This document shows, piece by piece, positions 39,506 through 41,272 of a stretch of DNA of 41,272 nucleotides; position 1 is the stretch's first letter; every line of letters starts with the position of its first letter. The notes under the pieces were generated by a model that had not been told where the DNA came from, ran no database searches, and worked only from the letters and a program-made list of their open reading frames with translations. The stretch lies in the sequence record DRR378314_168; one strand, 5' to 3'. The translations under genes and the position numbers were made by a program.

Positions 39506-39586
39506 AAAGCTCAGTTTTTAAACAACCGATAACGCGCCGGTGCCGAGGTCCGGGCCGGCCGTTAGGCGTGATCAGGAGAGTGGAAA

Positions 39587-41272
39587 ATGCGAATGGACAA
39601 ATTTACCGCGCGCTTGCAGGAAGCGTTGGGCGAAGCCCAATCCCTGGCCGTGGGCCAGAGCCACAGTGCGATCGAACCGGTGCACTTACTGTTGGCACTG
39701 CTGCAGCAGAGTGGCGGGGTGGCGGCGCCGTTGCTGGAGAAAGCCGGCGCCAACCCGGCGGATGTCATCACCGCCTTGAAAATGGCCATGGATAAACTGC
39801 CGACGGTGGGACAGTTCAACGGTGACGTGCAGCTGTCCCAGGGTTTGGCGCGGCTGCTCAACCTGGCGGACCGCGAGGCCCAGCAGCGTGGCGACCAGTA
39901 CGTGTCCACCGAGGCGCTGTTGCTGGCGGCCTGCGACGACGGCGGGGAACTGGGCAAACTGTTCAAGAACGCCGGCATCAAGAAGAAGGTGCTGGCGGAG
40001 AAAATCCAGGAAGTCCGCGGCGGTGAAGCGGTCACCGACCCCAACGCGGAAGACAAGATGGAAGCGCTGAAGAAGTACACCCAGGATCTCACCGAGCGGG
40101 CCGAGAGCGGCAAGCTGGATCCGGTGATCGGCCGTGACGATGAAATCCGCCGCACCATCCAGGTGCTGCAGCGCCGCACCAAGAACAACCCGGTGCTGAT
40201 CGGCGAGCCCGGCGTCGGCAAGACCGCCATCGTCGAGGGGCTGGCCCAGCGCATCGTTAACGGCGAGGTGCCGGAAGGGCTCAAGGATAAGCGCGTGCTG
40301 GCCCTGGACATGGCGGCGCTGATCGCCGGCGCCAAGTATCGCGGCGAGTTCGAGGAACGCTTGAAAGCGGTGCTGAATGAACTCGCCAAGCAGGAAGGGC
40401 GCATCATTCTGTTCGTCGACGAGCTGCACACCATGGTCGGTGCCGGCAAGGCCGACGGCGCCATGGACGCCGGCAACATGCTCAAGCCGGCACTGGCCCG
40501 CGGCGAACTGCACTGCGTGGGCGCCACCACCCTGGACGAGTACCGCCAGCACATTGAGAAGGACGCGGCGCTGGAGCGGCGTTTCCAGAAGGTGCAGGTG
40601 GACCAGCCCTCGGTGGAGGACACCATCGCCATCCTGCGTGGCCTGAAAGAGCGCTACGAGGTGCACCACGGCGTGGACATCACCGACGGCGCGATCATCG
40701 CCGCCGCCCGGCTCAGCCACCGCTACATCACCGACCGGCAGTTGCCGGACAAGGCCATCGATCTGATCGACGAGGCGGCCAGCCGTATCCGCATGGAGAT
40801 CGACTCCATGCCCGAGGAGATGGACCGTCTCGACCGGCGCCTGATCCAGCTCAAGATGGAGCGCGAGGCGCTGCGCAAGGAAGACGACGAGGCCAGCAAG
40901 AAGCGGCTCGACAAACTGCAGGACGACATCGGCGCGCTGGAAAAAGAGTACGCCGACCTGGAGGAAATCTGGAACGCCGAGAAGGCGGCCCTGCAGGGCG
41001 CCCAGCAGTACAAGGCGGAGCTGGAACAGGCCCGGGTGGACATGGAGCAGGCGCGCCGCGCCGGCGACCTGAGCCGCATGTCCGAGCTGCAATATGGGGT
41101 GATCCCGGATCTGGAGAAGAAGGTGCAGACCGCCCAGGAGGCGGAAGAGTCCGCCCAGGTGGAAACCAAGCTGCTGCGCAACAAGGTCACCGAGGAAGAG
41201 GTGGCCGAAGTAGTCTCCAAGTGGACCGGCATTCCGGTGTCCAAGATGCTGGAAGGCGAGCGCGACAAGCTG
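39587..41272 (+). CDS. clpB: ATP-dependent disaggregase ClpB (3' end outside window; absent from the ORF track)
   Basis: Read directly from the sequence: [36 protein letters not shown], Walker [16 protein letters not shown] and the coiled-coil M domain ([13 protein letters not shown]). Confidence 0.97.
   Translation, partial: MRMDKFTARLQEALGEAQSLAVGQSHSAIEPVHLLLALLQQSGGVAAPLLEKAGANPADVITALKMAMDKLPTVGQFNGDVQLSQGLARLLNLADREAQQRGDQYVSTEALLLAACDDGGELGKLFKNAGIKKKVLAEKIQEVRGGEAVTDPNAEDKMEALKKYTQDLTERAESGKLDPVIGRDDEIRRTIQVLQRRTKNNPVLIGEPGVGKTAIVEGLAQRIVNGEVPEGLKDKRVLALDMAALIAGAKYRGEFEERLKAVLNELAKQEGRIILFVDELHTMVGAGKADGAMDAGNMLKPALARGELHCVGATTLDEYRQHIEKDAALERRFQKVQVDQPSVEDTIAILRGLKERYEVHHGVDITDGAIIAAARLSHRYITDRQLPDKAIDLIDEAASRIRMEIDSMPEEMDRLDRRLIQLKMEREALRKEDDEASKKRLDKLQDDIGALEKEYADLEEIWNAEKAALQGAQQYKAELEQARVDMEQARRAGDLSRMSELQYGVIPDLEKKVQTAQEAEESAQVETKLLRNKVTEEEVAEVVSKWTGIPVSKMLEGERDKL

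Overview
GC-rich gammaproteobacterial chromosome segment. Gene content and order suggest an Alcanivorax/Marinobacter/Pseudomonas-type marine organism (inference). Positions 1-11.8 kb are accessory genes: a MoxR/CoxD AAA+ ATPase with a CoxE-type vWA partner, a LadS-like 7TMR-DISM hybrid kinase, a small beta-barrel outer membrane protein, an ABC1/UbiB kinase, an internally triplicated PhaI/PhaF-like phasin, two unknown small genes (one with a sigma54 + IHF promoter), an SDR/AraC pair, MAPEG, HIT, CPXCG and a YajG lipoprotein. Positions 11.9-24.1 kb are housekeeping genes: ispB, rplU-rpmA, obgE-proB, rpsT, murJ-ribF-ileS-lspA-fkpB-ispH. Positions 24.1-30.8 kb are a compositionally distinct type IV minor-pilin cassette (fimU-pilV-pilW-pilX-pilY1-pilE plus a convergent fimT). 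Its pilY1 is split by a +1 frameshift and carries an 8-Cys insertion in the vWA domain. Positions 30.9-41.3 kb hold a thiO-like oxidase, pilR-pilS, a PP0621-family gene, nadE, bamD, rluD-pgeF and a 3'-truncated clpB. I saw no rRNA, tRNA, CRISPR, transposase or phage genes. I cannot claim a proven new system. The best leads are the PilY1 frameshift and Cys 'stalk-knob' insert, the phasin/ABC1-kinase pair, the sigma54/IHF-driven 69-aa gene, and a direct-repeat-flanked triple-hairpin element before obgE.
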